Shown: positions 1 to 16,637, numbered from the stretch's first letter. The stretch: DNA of 64,000 bases from Hyphochytrium catenoides (GCA_900088475.1 FLMG01004277.1:1-64000), one strand, 5' to 3'. Program-made: numbers and translations. Notes: generated from the letters alone by a model not told the origin.

Positions 1-388
1 CGTACATTTTCACAACATCAGTGCGCATTTCACTGGCGGAATGCATTGTGGTTTCAGATGATTTTGTTTTTTCTACAGTGCGCTCTCTCTCCGTCTCTTT
101 GGGAACTACCTGGAGGTTTCTTGCCCACATTATTTTTATAAAACTGAAGAAGGCATCAGTGCGCTTCCGCGCGAATGAATGATTGCGTGTCCCAGTGTTC
201 TTTCTCGTTATCTTCTCAGAAGCATTCACTGTGCTCTGGCATTTTCCAAGAACACGACGAGGAACAGAGCAGCTTTACGTGGGGTCAGTAAACCAGAGGA
301 GTGGGAGCTACTCAGGAAACAGAGTAGCACTGCTCGTTGAAAGTGAAAGTATATAATAGCGCTACTGCTCACTGTTAAGAGCCATCAT

Positions 389-709
389 ATGGAGGGCGAG
401 GGAGTTGAGTCCCCTCCACTGGAGTGCAGGTTTGTCTATCAGAGACGAAGTGCGGACCGACAGAAGGGCGAAAGATGTGCTGCTCTGACTCAGGATCCTA
501 GGGGTTACTGTAGTCGTCACTTGCGGCATCTCCCTTCTTCTTCCCGGGTCGGTGCGTATGGAAAGGGTACGAACAGCGCTTGCAATCTTTCGGCATTCGA
601 GGGCTCGAGCTTTTGTAAGCGGCATGGCAAGCTACCTATGGTTAATGTGGCCTTTTTTTCTAGTAATAAAGGCCACAGAAGGCGGTTGCGGCGGAGGGAG
701 AACCACTAA
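389..709 (+). CDS. Small intronless ORF with Cys/His zinc-finger-like motifs, possibly of viral or mobile-element origin
   Basis: 106-aa ATG ORF containing CRFVYQ...GERC...GYCSRH and a second partial SAC...SSFCKRH motif, in AT-rich intron-free surroundings. The family cannot be named with confidence. Confidence 0.35.
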   Translation: MEGEGVESPPLECRFVYQRRSADRQKGERCAALTQDPRGYCSRHLRHLPSSSRVGAYGKGTNSACNLSAFEGSSFCKRHGKLPMVNVAFFSSNKGHRRRLRRRENH

Positions 710-899
710 AGGAGATGAAGCGGCGAACTCCTCTTCCTCACCAATGATGCGAGAGAGAAAAAATCCGTGGGACTCCTCCGCCGGAACGACAGCAGGAGGA
801 GAACTAGCAGCAGCGTCATTGGTGGCTCGAGAAAGGGGAAGAGATGAAAGAGAGGACGAAGAAGAAGAGAGAGCAGAGGAAGCGTGGAAAGCAGCAAGA

Positions 900-1133
900 A
901 AGGGAGCAGAAGGGGCCAACCGGGATACAATCATTCGAGCTGCTTCCTCATGTAGGGCCAACGAGACTTGCCTGATGAGGCGGTGTCGGAAGAAGTGGAC
1001 ATCGCGTTCAACTGCGGCCGTTCGATCAGCCTGAGCAGCACAAATTGTATTGAGAAAGGCTGCAACGGTGGCTGATTTTGGCGCTAATCTATACTCCGTA
1101 AAAAGAATTTTCTTGTAGATTATTAATAACAGG
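900..1133 (-). mobile_element. Possible remnant of the 3' end of an RLE-type (CRE-like) non-LTR retrotransposon ORF
   Basis: The minus frame is open upstream of ORF 632..961 and reads ...ATVAAFLNTICAAQADRTAAVERDVHFFRHRLIRQVSLALHEEAARMIVSR. This resembles the C-terminal AFL...QRLSxALQRGNARMI pattern after the restriction-like endonuclease. No RT domain is visible. Confidence 0.3.
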
Positions 1134-2908
1134 ACCTCTTGTTATTATTACCAACTTGTTTGCGTTCTTCTTTCATGTTACAACTTTATAACTCTCGCCA
1201 TTAATTTTATAAGATTATCATCACCTAAGGCCGGGCATTCCCAAGTAATGCTAGGGAATCACAGGGAATCAGCTATGAAGGGAATTAAAATTAATTAATT
1301 AGCTAGGGAAGTGCAGCTACTTCTTCCAATAAATCAATAAATAATGGTCGACTTTTCATCTTGGCTTTGCCGCTTTGCCTTCATCTTTCATCTCATAATA
1401 ATAACAATGTGATGTTCTCTCAAGCGGCGGCCTTGGATTGAAGATCCATCTGCCAAGAAATGACGGACTTACAGACCGCCATCGTTAGGTTGGTTGATCA
1501 TCCCTCGTCCCTCCTTCTTCATTGATAATAAGACAGAGAATTGCAGAAGAAACAAGCCGCAGGCCGCACAACAAGAAGCTACACACTGTCTGCGGCCTTG
1601 ACGATTTGATGACATTTATTATTTATAGACATGTTCTGCTTCTCTCCGTTGTTGGCCAACAATCTGCACCACGGAGAAGAAGGGACAGCAATAAATGAAG
1701 CGTAAGAAGGAATGAGGACGGGTCTTGCCGCATCAAGCTTGGGCGCCTCATCAGCAGGCACTAACCTTTTAGTTCCTAGGACAAGAAGAAGGAGCCTCTT
1801 TCTTTATTTTTATAAAAGTTCGTTCCTCGTTGCAAGAGTCAGCGGACAGGAAGCAACAAGCGGAACAGCAGCCAAACGGCCCATTACTACTAAGAAGTAA
1901 TAATGAGGCCAAGAGAAGAAGCAGCAGCAGCAGCTGGTCACCTGCACGATACCTCCTGCCAGCAGCAGCAGCAGCAACGGCCTCTGTTTTGCTGACCCCG
2001 TAGGCAGACACAAGTTTTTGTTGCTTACTGTTGTACGGAGTATGTGAAGAGAGTTCCTCCTCTACATCGTCCTTCGCCGTTATCATATCCCCCATGATGG
2101 TCATTGGGATGGTGGTAAGCAGTAGACAGCGAGGAAGAGGATCATCTCAGGAACTTTATGGATCAGCAGCAGGAAGCATCGAAGCAGAGACCACGACCTC
2201 CGCAGCAGTCTCCCTTTCTTCTATTATCATCATAAAAACGTGTGCACTATTTAAAACTCTTCTCCTGTGTGCTTCTTCCTTCTCCCCTTCACATCCTGGC
2301 GACTGACGGCTTAGTGCTTATCAGGGGTACATTTACTATTAATTCTAGTGATTCTCATTCTCATATATCTCATAGATATCATAGCATTGTTATACTTTCA
2401 GGGCACATGCAAGGCGCCGACTGCAAAGGACATGTCTTTTTTTGCTTGACAACCAAGCACCAGCGGCCCTCTTCTCTGCATGCAGACATGCGGTGCTGAC
2501 ATAAAGGGATTGTTAGAGCTTAACAGCATAGAGGTCCTTGGCAGGCAGCTGCTGTTGGCTGGCCCACTTCTACCTTCCTACTCTGTGTTCCCTCCTGCAT
2601 AGACTGCTTATTACCAGGATTCCATTTATTTGCGGAGCACGGTGCTTTTGTTGTTCCCGGCCTTCTGGTCCTACTCTATGATTCGTATGGATGATAAGCT
2701 CTGAGCATTTGAAGCTTTAAGGCTTCTTCGTCCTCACTCCTGTATCTCCTCCGTAGTGCGAAGCTGCCTGCTACCTTCTTGCCGGTCCCAGCTACGCCGA
2801 AAGTAAATAGAAGGAGAACATTGGGCAAGCCTACCACTGACGGCGGCACTATCATTATCACTACCGCGACTGTTTTAGTCACCACCCACAGCCAAGACCA
2901 ACCTACGA

Positions 2909-4325
2909 ATGGCAAGGCCCCAGCAGGTCCATAGGTACACTCACCTCTTTGATGCCAATTTGGAGACCGTTGATTTAGGAGATCTCAAACAAAGAATTAG
3001 CGCAGTGAACTGGAGGGGAAGATACGACGATGGCAATGCCGCTGTTCTCAGAGAGGCTCTCTATACAAAGTACAAGAATGCACGCTCCGACATCCTAAGA
3101 AGCCGCCAAATGCGAACGTTCCTTACGGAGCCACTTAGAGATCCTACAGACCACTTTTACAGTCAGTTAAGTGGACTCAACATCGGCCTCTACTGCGGAG
3201 ACCATCAGAAGTACCTTGCCGTGATTGATGGCAAGCTGGTCGCTGACACCCACCCCTTCGCCTTCAACTTGGTCAAGATAAGAGGTAGAGATGGTATTGC
3301 CCTTGCCATTCCACCGCAGACTGCAAGGGATGGTTCACGCCTGCTTATCGAGATGGGAAGGCACATTCATCCCCGATGGACCAAGTCCTCGCCGCATCAC
3401 CGCCCACAATTGGAGGCACACTTTTATTACGAACACGAGTGGCTACAATGCAACTACCTTCAGCCTCGAGATTCCTGAAGAAATCCGCGAGCTGTCAGTG
3501 AGGCTGCGCGTCCTCAGCGAAGACGATCAAGATGAGGCTCAAAAACAAGAAGAAGAAGAGGGCAAAAGGGGACCAGCTCTCGAAGAGGTCCCGCAGGAGG
3601 TGCGAGAGGGGGTCATTGATGGGGAGCAGCAGCAGGAGGAGGTCTATGAGGAGGAAGATTTGGGCCTGGACCCAGAGCAACAAGAGGCTGCACCGAGGCG
3701 ACAACTGGGAGAATACTGCAGCATGCGTGAGTACCCCGAGATTACGACGTCCCATAACGCATTCGCCTGGGAAACGTTTCAAGTCCACATCTTGGATATT
3801 CCTCTAATTGAGAAAGACTATGTCATCGCTGAGACTCAAACTTTTGCCATGGGTACTCCTCTTGGAACTGTCGCCAGCATTCCAGGAGTCTTTGGGAGCA
3901 TACTGGAGCTGACGGGGCATGCCACAGACATCAACCGATATACAAGCAGGTACGAGCACGTGAAAGGTGTGCGGTATACCAAAACGTTGTCTTGGTCAGC
4001 GGAAGTGGACATTCCGGTACCCGCCGCAGTGGTTGGAGGAGGAGGGTCGGTCGTCAAGGGAGCAGTCGGATATACCTCGCAGACGGATCAAGTGACGACA
4101 ATAGGACAAACGGTGGAAAGAGCTACGGCAGACCAGAGGGATGTGGCCTACCGATTGAAAGCAGGTGGAGCGTCGATAGATTGCTACATGCACAGCGACC
4201 GAAGTACGACGTTGGTGCTAAGAGAATCCTTCTATCGGGCGCCAGCGGATCATAGAGACAAGTATGTCCTATCAAGCTACAAGATTGTTGAAGCGAAGAA
4301 GTACGTGAGGTATGTCGTTCAATAG
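2909..4325 (+). pseudogene. Frameshifted intronless gene: fascin-like beta-trefoil motifs, acidic insert, aerolysin/ETX-MTX2-like C-terminal domain
   Basis: Overlapping ORFs 2909..3478 and 3291..4325. Trefoil-like motifs: IGLYCGDHQKYLAV, GIAL, SRWEGTF, AWETFQV. The C-terminus is Ser/Thr/Val-rich with alternating strands TKTLSWSAEVDIPV...VKGAVGYTSQTDQVTTIGQTVE. Confidence 0.4.
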
Positions 4326-4699
4326 CCAACCTGACGGCCGATAGCACTTCGGCTGCTTATTAGCCGAAGCCATGGCTGTCGGGTCTGGAGAGCTTGCTTG
4401 AATAGGCGAAGACAAAGAGTAAGCAGCACCAATACCTAGGAATGGTGTTACGTGCATGTGAAATGCTTAGCTATCTAGCAACCGCCTTAAATTGTTCATT
4501 GATCTTCTTGACTTTTAGGATCAATCTTCTTTACTTTCCCCTCCTGCTGATAGTCTACAAGTAGCTACTGACTTTCTTGTGGGACGACAGCAATCAAGGG
4601 GGGGGAGAGAGGCCGGTGGTCTCCTTGCTTAGTTAGTGGTCTTTTTGGACTCCTTTTGCATCTTCTCGTTCACGTGTTTGATGGTAGTTGAGACATCCT

Positions 4700-5924
4700 C
4701 AACGATAAGAAGGCCAAGGACGGGTCTTAAAGGAGAGTAAGCGATCCTCCTCAATGTTTGTACCCCGGCACCTCCGAGAGAAGTTTATCAACTGAATGTA
4801 GAAGGCAAGGAAAGAGCCTCTCTTGGGAGAGTCAGCCTACCTGACAATGCAGAGATAGAAATAGTAACATGCAAGAGAGATTGGATCAAGAGGCTATTTT
4901 ATAGCATGCAGAAAGAAACAGAGTAGAAAGGGTTTGGAAAAGAGCATTTTCTTCAGATCCATCCGTTGCCTACTCTAGTCAAGATTATCCGTTTTGAGAG
5001 TGTTCTCAAAGAGGAGAGGTCGTACCTATACACCGGGCCAACCCTAATCCAGCGCGCAACCAGGTTGTTAGCAGTTGTCAGGAAGAAGTACGCATATAGC
5101 ATCCCCACTGCTTTGCCGCCATGAGAATGTTCATTATATGCAGCGTTATCAGGACCAGGGGAGCAATGGTGAGACAAGCTTGAATCTATAGATTCACACC
5201 ACAAGCTCCAAAGGCTGAAGAACACTCTGCGGAGGATAAACATATTGGTAATAATGGGGAAGAGATGCGGCACCGAACACTCGCGCATTAACTATACAAC
5301 CAGGACAAGGAAGAAGCAAGAGCCCTGCCAACGCCAAAAAGAGCTGCGCTGAAGAAGAAGAGTCCGATTACTGCGTCGATGCATGGGTATTCGCCGATAT
5401 GCCCCTGCCATAGATGGGGAAGGGTTCAGAGACAGTACTTATTTCGAGGCTGGGCTGGGAAAAGGGTATGAACGATTCGCAGAACACATGACGTCAGTCA
5501 TCAGCAAAAGATTTGGGTGGAGCTGCACAGCAGCACAGACGGCGGATACATAGGCAAGAGACAGGTATGTTCAGCACTTTTGGCCGCATGAGAGACAGAG
5601 ATCCGCCAGAGAGTATCAGGGGCCGCGAAAGGCGGTGTAGTCCCGTTGACTGCCCTTATTAGAATGGAGGTGAGGCAAATTGAAGCAACAACTGGTCCTA
5701 TGTTGCTGGCAAAGGGAGAGGTTGGTGGACACCGTGGTGGTTCTAACACCAGGCAACAACCTGCCTTTAGCTATTAATATTGACAAGGAGCAGCCACAGG
5801 TCCTCTTCATAGTGACCTTGCTGTTTGTTGGTGGACTACCTAGGAGGAGGTTGCGCTCAAGCCGAGCTAACACGCTGTCTTCGTTCATAGCAGCGCCATC
5901 CGTTTCTTCCAAAGTGATGCTCAT
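4700..5924 (-). CDS. Putative short spliced gene with weak resemblance to Atos/FAM214 (DUF4210) proteins
   Basis: ATG exon MSITLEE...SVLARLERNLLLG ends at a GT donor. Downstream exon-like pieces include YRYDLSSLRTLSKRIILTR and FLAFYIQL. The full splice path and 3' end were not resolved. Confidence 0.2.
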
Positions 5925-6239
5925 TGACTAGTACTTTTCAAGAAGCAACTTTAGTGACCGGCCACAGGTGCTGGAGAAGGGGGAACTGAATGTTTCATAT
6001 GTTTCTTGAAGGCTTACGAAATGATTCCATCACCACGAAAGGTCACAATTGGGATGGTGGCGAAGTAGTAGTCGCAGTCTTTCCTCTTGTCGGATTAAAC
6101 CTCTTGATAGCTTATTATGCTGCTTTTCCTCTTGCAAGTGTGACAGATCATCTCTGAAGCCTCGTCAGCAGCTTGGCTTTCGATTTCTGAGTTTCTCTAT
6201 TCTCTCTATCTCTCTTAAGTTCTCATGCTTTTGAGAGTT

Positions 6240-9835
<3,596 letters not shown>

Positions 9836-10077
9836 CTTCCTTTCTGGCTGTTGAGAATCTGCAGAAGTGTGCCCTTTAGTTGCAGAGGCTCCAGCACCGG
9901 ACCGCACTATCGACCCGGCGCCTCTTGCCGGACAGTAGGAAGAGAAAGAGCGAAGGAGGCAAACATGAGAGAACCAAAGTCGTAATGTAATTCGGGAGCG
10001 AAGAGAAGGGGAGAGACGGACAGACATAAAACGAGAGACAGAGACAGAGAAAGAGAGAAGAAAGAGAGACAGAAAGA

Positions 10078-10097
10078 NNNNNNNNNNNNNNNNNNNN

Positions 10098-10133
<36 letters not shown>
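10078..10133. repeat. Assembly gap followed by a (GA)n microsatellite
   Basis: N run 10078-10097, then a perfect GA repeat. Confidence 0.95.
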
Positions 10134-10136
<3 letters not shown>

Positions 10137-11150
10137 GGATTAGGGTTGGAGTTCAACTTCTTCGCATCTCCTCGCCGTTCCTGTCTTCTCATCTATGGCG
10201 CTTCCCTTTTTCTCTTGGTGTCAGAGGACTCCAGGAGGACGACTGACGTTAACCTTTCTGACTTCCCCTAGGAGGGCAAATCAAATAACCTTTTTGGTAC
10301 CAGTCATCTTGGTTCGCCTTACTAATCTACGTGAGAAAGTCCACATAAGAAACGCTTTGGGGTTTAGGACTAGGGTTGCACACAGGCCCAATGTACAGTA
10401 GGTGGAAGGTGCCGATCTCTGCTATTTGGCGGGGCGCTCGTCTCTCTCATTATCTCTTTTTTCCATTGTCGGTGACTGCAGTGGCGTTGGTCGGAGAAGT
10501 GACTTTTATTCGACAGTCGAAGCTGAGTTGGAATCCTGAGTTGGTCTCTGGAATGTATTCCTTGTCGGGGTCACTGCAGAACCCTATGCTGATATGTCGA
10601 ACCATAACTCGACGAGGTCACTGGGTTCAATGGCTGCAACTCAGTGGCTCCCTGGCATGGTACGTCGCTACCTTGAATATCGATGACTATTGGTGGGTTC
10701 AGGTGGAGCTCTTGCGTCGTGTTTGGTGCTTTCTTTGTGTGCGTTGAAGAGGTGCGTAGGGAGGGCCTTATCTCTGTGGTGCGTGACGAGGAAAGCACCA
10801 AACTGGCAAGAGCTCCACTTGGCCACCCCTAGGAATCAATCAAAGGTAACGACGTTACTTTGAGAAGATTAGCCACTGGAGCAGAGGCAGAGGCAGCTCT
10901 TGAAGCCGGTGGCCTCGTCGACTTATGGGTCGATATCCCCGCATATACAATGACGAGGACTATCATTATAAAGCACAGCACGAACTCAGGCTTCGAACTG
11001 AACTTGGACTCTCTAAGAGTCATCAGAAAGACATTTCACAGCCCCACTCCAGTCAACTGCGAAAAGAGATGGTGGCACAGACGAAGCCCGGCCAAAAGGA
11101 GACGGAACCTTCCCTACATACGAGAAGCCTGGTGCCTACCCCTAAGCCCC

Positions 11151-11207
11151 AAAGAATTGGCACGTGGAGTTTGCCACCAAAGATTTTGCACGTGGAGTTT
11201 GCCACCA
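11151..11207. repeat. 28-bp tandem duplication
   Basis: aaagaattggcacgtggagtttgccacc followed by aaagattttgcacgtggagtttgccacc. Confidence 0.85.
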
Positions 11208-12189
11208 GACTCAATCTTCTCCCGTTCACTGACTGGCAACAAGGACCACTATTAGTAACATGAGGCAGCAAAATCAGCCATTAGTGAGGAGAGCAGCGAC
11301 CGAACCCTTTATCATCTTATCTTTGAAGCTTATACGAGCACTCTCTCACCGTAGGCCACTCGACAATTCCCCACCAGGATTAAGAGGGGTGCATCACCAT
11401 CAGCTCTTCTGGTAGCAGAATGCCGAGTGATCAACCCTATGTGTAGAGTTTTCTTATGAACTTCAAATGGCTAAGGGTTCCTGCCTGGGCAACCGGAAGA
11501 TTGAAAAAGATGGCGCCTCATGTTCATGATGGCCGTGGTTGTTGCCAGTCACTGAAAGAGGGAAGAGTTTCTATGGCCTCTCAATGGAAATGAACAGGTG
11601 GGAAGTTGCATGACCCTTCTAGTACTACTTTTCAAGATGAGAGCCGTCTATTAGGCTTTCTTCATGATGGCAGCAACAGCATCCAGAAGAGGTTCAATGG
11701 TGAATATCCTCCTCTTCATCAAAAGAAAGCTGCTTACTTCTTTCCCGGTCACATGTTCAGATTCATGCTCGTTCACGAGCCATCCACAAGCAGCCTCCTC
11801 CTTCCGCAGCTGCTAGACACACTCTATTGATAGCTAAGCCCATCAATAGGTATTCAACCTCATCATACCCGCGCTGGTCATCACATCCTTGGAGCTTGGA
11901 GCCTCATGACGGCTATCATAAGATAGATTAACGCAGCTCCTGAAGAAGAAATCTACCTAGCGTAGATGCAGCAACCCACTAACTGGGCCTCCTTCACCAT
12001 GCGAGCTGTGGATGGTAGATGCGAAAAGATATGGACGAATATGTTCTGAACCCCATAGTATAGAGCCTAGAGCACGAATGTAGCACCAAGATAACCGTCG
12101 ACTAGGCTGTTGAGTACCTGGGGGCGAATACTGGTGGTTGATTGTTGAAGACGAAGAGAAAGGAGATTGGGAACAGCATTTTTGCTGTC

Positions 12190-12335
12190 CTCCTCTCTCT
12201 TTCTCTCCTCTCTCTTTCTCCCCTCTCTCTCTCTCACTCTCTCTCTCTCTCTCTCTCCCCTCTCTCTCTGTCTCTCTCTCTTACACTCTCTCTCGGTTTC
12301 TCTCTCCTCTCTCTCTCGCTTTCTCTTTCTCTTCC
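12190..12335. repeat. Degenerate (CT)n microsatellite / pyrimidine tract
   Basis: Directly visible. Confidence 0.9.
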
Positions 12336-12590
12336 TTCGCTGATGCTTGCAACTCGCTACTGACGGGGTTGTTGCTAGGGGAAGCAGGATCCTCCGCTCG
12401 TTCTGCCCTCTTTCGTTGCTTCTCTTTGTTGAACACACTAGAGATTCCCTTTTCACGGCGCTGTAGAGAGGTCTCGACCGCCATGAGCTTTATCATCATG
12501 TGGCTAAGAGTCGCAAGGAAACTTTAGGCGTTAACACTTTGCTTCACGACGTGGGCTTGGTCTCTGCTTCTCTCCGGCCTCTGATTGTAG

Positions 12591-15500
12591 GAGGAAGGTA
12601 GAGAGCGACAAGTCTCTCAGGCCATCGAGGAAAGGATGACGGTACGCCCACGACTGCGCTTCATCTCTCGCTTCTGAGTGTCGCCCTTCATGGCTTCCTC
12701 TCGTCTACTCCTATACACTTGCTACGCGAAAGGCTCTTCTTTTGTCCTGTCAAACTCTCTCCATGTCGGAGCCACCACTTACGATATCTTTCTCCGCTGA
12801 TCCACTGATCAGGGCCATGAACGGACCTTGAAGATTCTTCATTTCTCGGATGTTCACCTTGACCCCTACCATTCAGAGTCAAAGTATGGAGTATACGGAA
12901 AGAATCCACCGCCAGCATTGTGGCTATCAGCATTGCAGGCTGCGGCTAAGCTTCTGCCTGATCCCGATGTCTTGCTGTTAACTGGCGACTATGTGATGCA
13001 CTCTACAGGTTCCGTTGCCTTCTGTTCTTATCCTCTCTCTCTTCACTCCTTCTCTCTTCCCTCTGCTCTGTCTCTTCTCGGACGGTCTTCCATGTCCCAG
13101 TTTACCTTGTAGACGTTGGAGTTCCCAATCTTTCTCTCGACCATCACGCTCGTTCCTAGGCCCATTACCTGTCGCTTCATGCTTTCCTTGAGCCACTAAA
13201 GCTGGTCTACTTGCTTCTGTACCTATTGTCGATCTCCCTACTTGCACCTGGGAGCTCCCTTCTTTTTTGAATGAGAAGCCTAGAAAGCATACCACGTCAC
13301 TCACAATGTTGCTTCTGGTCCTCAGCGAAGCACAATCTGACGGAGGACGTGGTGCTTAACCTGCTGCATGCAATGACGAGCGACATAGAGCAGGCGTTCC
13401 CCACGCTAGCCTCCAGGCCCAACAGCACATTAGGCACCGTGCTTGGAAATACTGATGCAGGTGAGGAAGATACGATGATGGATCGCGACATGAAAAGCAA
13501 TCAAGGGGGAGGAGAGTGTAAATGTAGCTTCTACTTCTCATTCCTCGGCGTGGTTTCGTCTATACTGCCTCGTATGACTTTTGGCACATGGTCTCATCTC
13601 CACGGTGGCTGCAAGCTTGACGAGCACAAAGGACAGATCTCCTTTGTCCTGTACTCTATTAGACGTCACGCGTTCCTCCTATTATGTGTTAAGTCCATCT
13701 CCACCTGCTGTCCCACAGTTCCTCCTCCTGTCTTCCTTCTGCATCGTGGTGTTCAGATTGCTAACCTCGCTTTCCTGGCCTGCCTATGTCCTCTATAGTC
13801 CCCGATTATCATCTTAATGTTACGGAGGCAACCAACATAAATCCTTACCTCCAGAATGTGTCGACCGCCTTCACAACTCTGCAGCCTGAAAGCTCTCTAG
13901 AGGTGTTTAGACACAGAGGAGCCTCAGAAGTTCGCATTGCTGAGAATATGTACCTGCTTTCCATTAGCACCATTATCTACACAGTAGGTCCAGTCCTTCG
14001 CTTTGGATTGACCCTCCTTGGGCTTCATTGTGGAGTCTCTCTCTTCGCTATCTACTCGTCTCTCTCTGTTATCCGGAGCTCCCCCAGTTACCAGCTCTTG
14101 ACCTCCCGATCCCTCTGCTGCTCTCCCTTCTTTCACATACCTCATTTCGCACGGTTGGTCCGCCCTTCTCTCTGTATCGCTTCCTCCCACCGATTCTTGG
14201 TTTTGTTCCCACTGACTAGAATGGCCGCCTCCTTCTACATCTTTGTCTGGAACGCTGTCTCTGTAGCCCCAGCATAGCCCCAACACGCTAAATGAGGCTG
14301 ACCCTTTTGGGCAATTTGCTTGGCTGAACTCAACTTTGCATCGCCTGAGGAAAGAGAATGCCTCAGTGGTTCTTGTCGGACACGTACCTCCTGCAGTGGA
14401 TGGTTATCAGTATGAACAGAGCTGGGACCGAAAGTATGTTCTCACTTACAGAGAGCTGATTGCCTTCAACGCGGACATTGTTATCGCACAGATATTTGGG
14501 CACTACCATAAGAACCAATTCAGGTGAGAAAGCATCTGCGGAAAGATTTCGAGTTGGGATTGGAAGCGGTTATAAGAAACCAAAAGTGCAAAAAGGGGTG
14601 ACGAGCTCTAGAGCCTTGCGAGAAAGAAAGGGCACTGGCGGGTAATAAATGAGGAGGCTGACGGTTTATTACCGAAAACGGTGGCTGCTCCTGAGTGACG
14701 AAATAATGTCTGGGTGGGTGGAACAGGTTCTACGGCTATGAACTGTGGAGAAAGCTCAGAGATGAGTCGAAAGAGTGGCGTTCTGGAGTGAGGTCCTTGG
14801 TGCCATATCCCTGCTTCTCTCTCCTCTTTCTGCGAGGCACTTCTTTTATCTTAGTGCTATCTCATTCGGCGCTTTTGAAAGCCATTATGCCACCTGCGCT
14901 CATTCTGTCCCTCTATCCCCAGAGTATGGGACGGCAGTAGTCCTACGCGGGACACGAACCTCTCACTAGTGGCACGAACACCTCAGCCTCCACTATGGGT
15001 GACTGGGAGCATTTCTCCAGTCTTCGGTAATAATCCCTCCTTTCACATATGGGATCTCTCTCTGACAGAGAGACAGCTCAAGAGTTTCACTATTTATACA
15101 GCCACCCTTGACCCTGAGGTAAGCTGCGGAGCGAAAAGAGAGCCTGAGAGAGTGCTGCTTTGTATAACGTAGAACGTCCTTCCTCCTCTTCTTCCTCGTA
15201 ACGGCCTTTGGACCTTTATGCTGCACACTAAGAGTTTCTGTCAAGTGATCGTTGCTAATGCTGTACTCTCCCATATACACAGAGGGTGGACTGGTCGCGG
15301 GAGATATCGTCGATAAGGTAAGGGAGAAATCGGATGGAGTGTAGAGAGGCATTAGGAAGTGAAGAGCCCCAAGTCTTACACTTCCTTCTAACAACGTAGC
15401 TCACGCGCCATGCTCTTAAATGTCCAGGGACTACGGACTTCAGGATCTCAGCAGCAGGTCACTTCGATGGTTCCAAGATCGGTAAGTGAGATGCCCCTTT

Positions 15501-16502
15501 CATAAAGGAGGGAACAACATGAGAGTAACAGAAGGCAACAGAAACGGCAAAAGGGAGAGACCGAATGAACGAAAGTTATGAGGGGAAGAGGTCATCAGCC
15601 ATCGATCGGGGCTCATTAGCAGAACCAAGACTTTGCCAGGATAAGCGTTACCCTACTAACTAGAGTAGTAGACAACAAGTGATGGTGAGGGCCAGCATCC
15701 TTGGCTGAACGTGGGTAGGGTCCGTCCAGTAAGGGAAACAGACAACAATGGCGGAGACGAGGGAGTTCAGCCTTCTCAGCTCTTCCTCACCCGTTCACAG
15801 GATGATAAGTGATGACGAGCTCTTGGAGCGATATCATAGCGATTACATGAGTGGAGTTCCCTCGCCATTTCCCTCTTCTAAGGAAAAGGCACAGTTCCTC
15901 TGCGCCCTCACTTGGTGGTCGGCGGTCCAGGACTGGAGTGACTGTGTCGTCGGGACACAAAGAGAACTGGTAGGCGCCTTATTCCACACCAATTACCTCT
16001 CCTTGTGTTCCTCTCGCATCTGTTCCTTTTGCTGTTCCTGCTACGTGTCGCCACCCTCTTTTCCGTAATCTCCGACCATCGAATGCAAACAGCTCCAACG
16101 TGCAGCCTTTACTCTCCATGTCGTCAAGTGTACTCATCGCTGCCTGCCTATCTCCTCTCTGCCTGTGCCACCTTCGTCACTGTACAGGAGACAAACCTCT
16201 ATCAGGAGTCGTTGTACGAGAAAATGATGGTGGTCTTCGCTCTGGTTTGCATTGGCATCCTAGCGGTAGCTGCCTGGTATGTCATCCGTTACCGTTACAT
16301 ACCATTTAGAGGCAGGCCTCTTCCAGTTCCGAAGCCTGAAGTAAAAGCTATGGAGAGAGCAGAAAGTCGAGAGAGGGAAAGAGGAGAGAGGGCCTCTCTG
16401 GTAGGAGATGTAGCAGAGAGGCCGTCTCCCTCTACCACAACTACTGCTAGTAATGGCACGATAAAGGAGAGGAGTCAGGAAGGTGAAGGGGACGTTGTAT
16501 GA
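12591..16502 (+). CDS. Acid sphingomyelinase-like (SMPDL3-type) calcineurin-like metallophosphoesterase with C-terminal TM helix, multi-exon; start not resolved
   Basis: Motifs FSDVHLD, LTGDYVMH, LGNTD, DPFGQFAWL, VGHVPP, FGHYHKNQFR, SISPVFGNNPSF and FLCALTW. TM helix MMVVFALVCIGILAVAAWYVI. Stop at 16502. Confidence 0.88.
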
Positions 16503-16637
16503 CGAGCAGAGCTCATCTGACGCACCTTGCCCAAATGAGATAACGGCAAGTGCACAGACCATACGACGATCGTAAGTGCTACTTTTGTCCTTTACAGCGC
16601 TGGGATTGATATGGAGCAAAACTGGCGACTTCAACAG

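Noticed and set aside
10137-10380. ttaggg/tttagg words as an interstitial telomere
   Set aside because: They are isolated single units, not an array.
12067-12527. ORFs with RERERE or SLSLSL runs (also 9045-9620 and 9623-10192)
   Set aside because: They are translations of GA/CT microsatellites.
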